DNA from: a virus
Taxonomy: Duplodnaviria; Heunggongvirae; Uroviricota; Caudoviricetes
Virus record (IMG/VR): IMGVR_UViG_2869924733_000010
DNA: 34,465 nucleotides
Strand: one strand, 5' to 3'
A program made the position numbers and the translations under genes. Below, one piece after another: positions 34,036 to 34,465 of this stretch (the stretch's first letter is position 1; each line of letters starts with the position of its first letter). The notes beneath the pieces were generated by a model. That model did not search any database and was not told the DNA's origin. It worked only from the letters and a program-made list of their open reading frames with translations.

Positions 34036-34425
34036 CGCCCGCTTCATGGGTCGGTTTGAATGCAGTTGAATTACAACTACCAAACCAAGCAATCCCTACT
34101 ATTACGCAGAAAATGCATACTGAAATACCTCGTGCAAATTGATGCAGCTAAGTATGCATAGGTTTTATGCCTCAACGTATACGTTATCAAACAGAGCCCT
34201 GTTCAAAAACAGTATCAAAATATGGTAGGAGAGGATAAGCACACAGAAAGAAAATCAGGATGCATGCATATGTCGTTGTTTCATCGTAACAAGCATTAGT
34301 ATATAAATTACCATGTGCTAATTTATGTCTTAAGGTTGCCCCACTCTTTCTGTTAAAAAGAACATCGATAGTCAAAACAAGATTTTTAGAAAAGATACTT
34401 TCCAAATCATCTCTGCATTTATCTA

Positions 34426-34465
34426 AATAGCTGCGCTTAATACCGCTACACTTTTGCCAGTCCAT
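34426..34465 (-). mobile_element. Second IS630 copy, terminal 40 bp only (continues past the window), inverted relative to the first
   Basis: aatagctgcgcttaataccgctacacttttgccagtccat equals the reverse complement of 9646..9684; TA at 34424..34425 after a C. Confidence 0.8.

Noticed and set aside
33886-34092. 68 aa minus-strand ORF between Q and cos
   Set aside because: GC-rich Ala/Gly/Arg-rich ORF running across the Q terminator and cos; P2 has no gene here.
34187-34465. 92 aa ORF starting MDWQKCSGIK
   Set aside because: Not an intact gene: the first 10 codons are IS630 terminal sequence. The native part is kept only as a possible truncated remnant.

Overview
Enterobacterial (E. coli-like) chromosome: yegQ and the CyaR sRNA gene, followed by a defective P2-like prophage integrated at the cyaR 3' end. 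Prophage order, left to right: ogr, D, U, T, E/E', FII, FI on the minus strand; a ~10 kb accessory hotspot between FI and G; then G, H, I, J, W, V; a 1.26 kb AT-rich two-gene insert between V and S; S, R, lysC/lysB/lysA, K, Y; an M'-'X deletion fusion; N split by IS4; O; P and Q on the plus strand; cos; and the start of a second AT-rich accessory region cut by a partial IS630 at the window edge. Six IS insertions with intact target duplications are present: IS630 (two inverted copies, one partial), IS911 carrying a nested IS30, an IS10-like element, IS2 and IS4. Three late genes (T, FII, P) each carry a 1-nt loss in a G/C run, which may be sequencing error or real decay. The candidates for an undescribed system are the unassigned cargo genes: a soluble plus membrane protein pair between S and V, and in the FI-G hotspot an IS-split HNH-like gene, a 261 aa orphan and a 205 aa membrane-anchored protein, each downstream of a copy of a shared ~30 bp motif. 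Protein identifications rest on recall of P2 and IS protein sequences and lengths, not on a database search.
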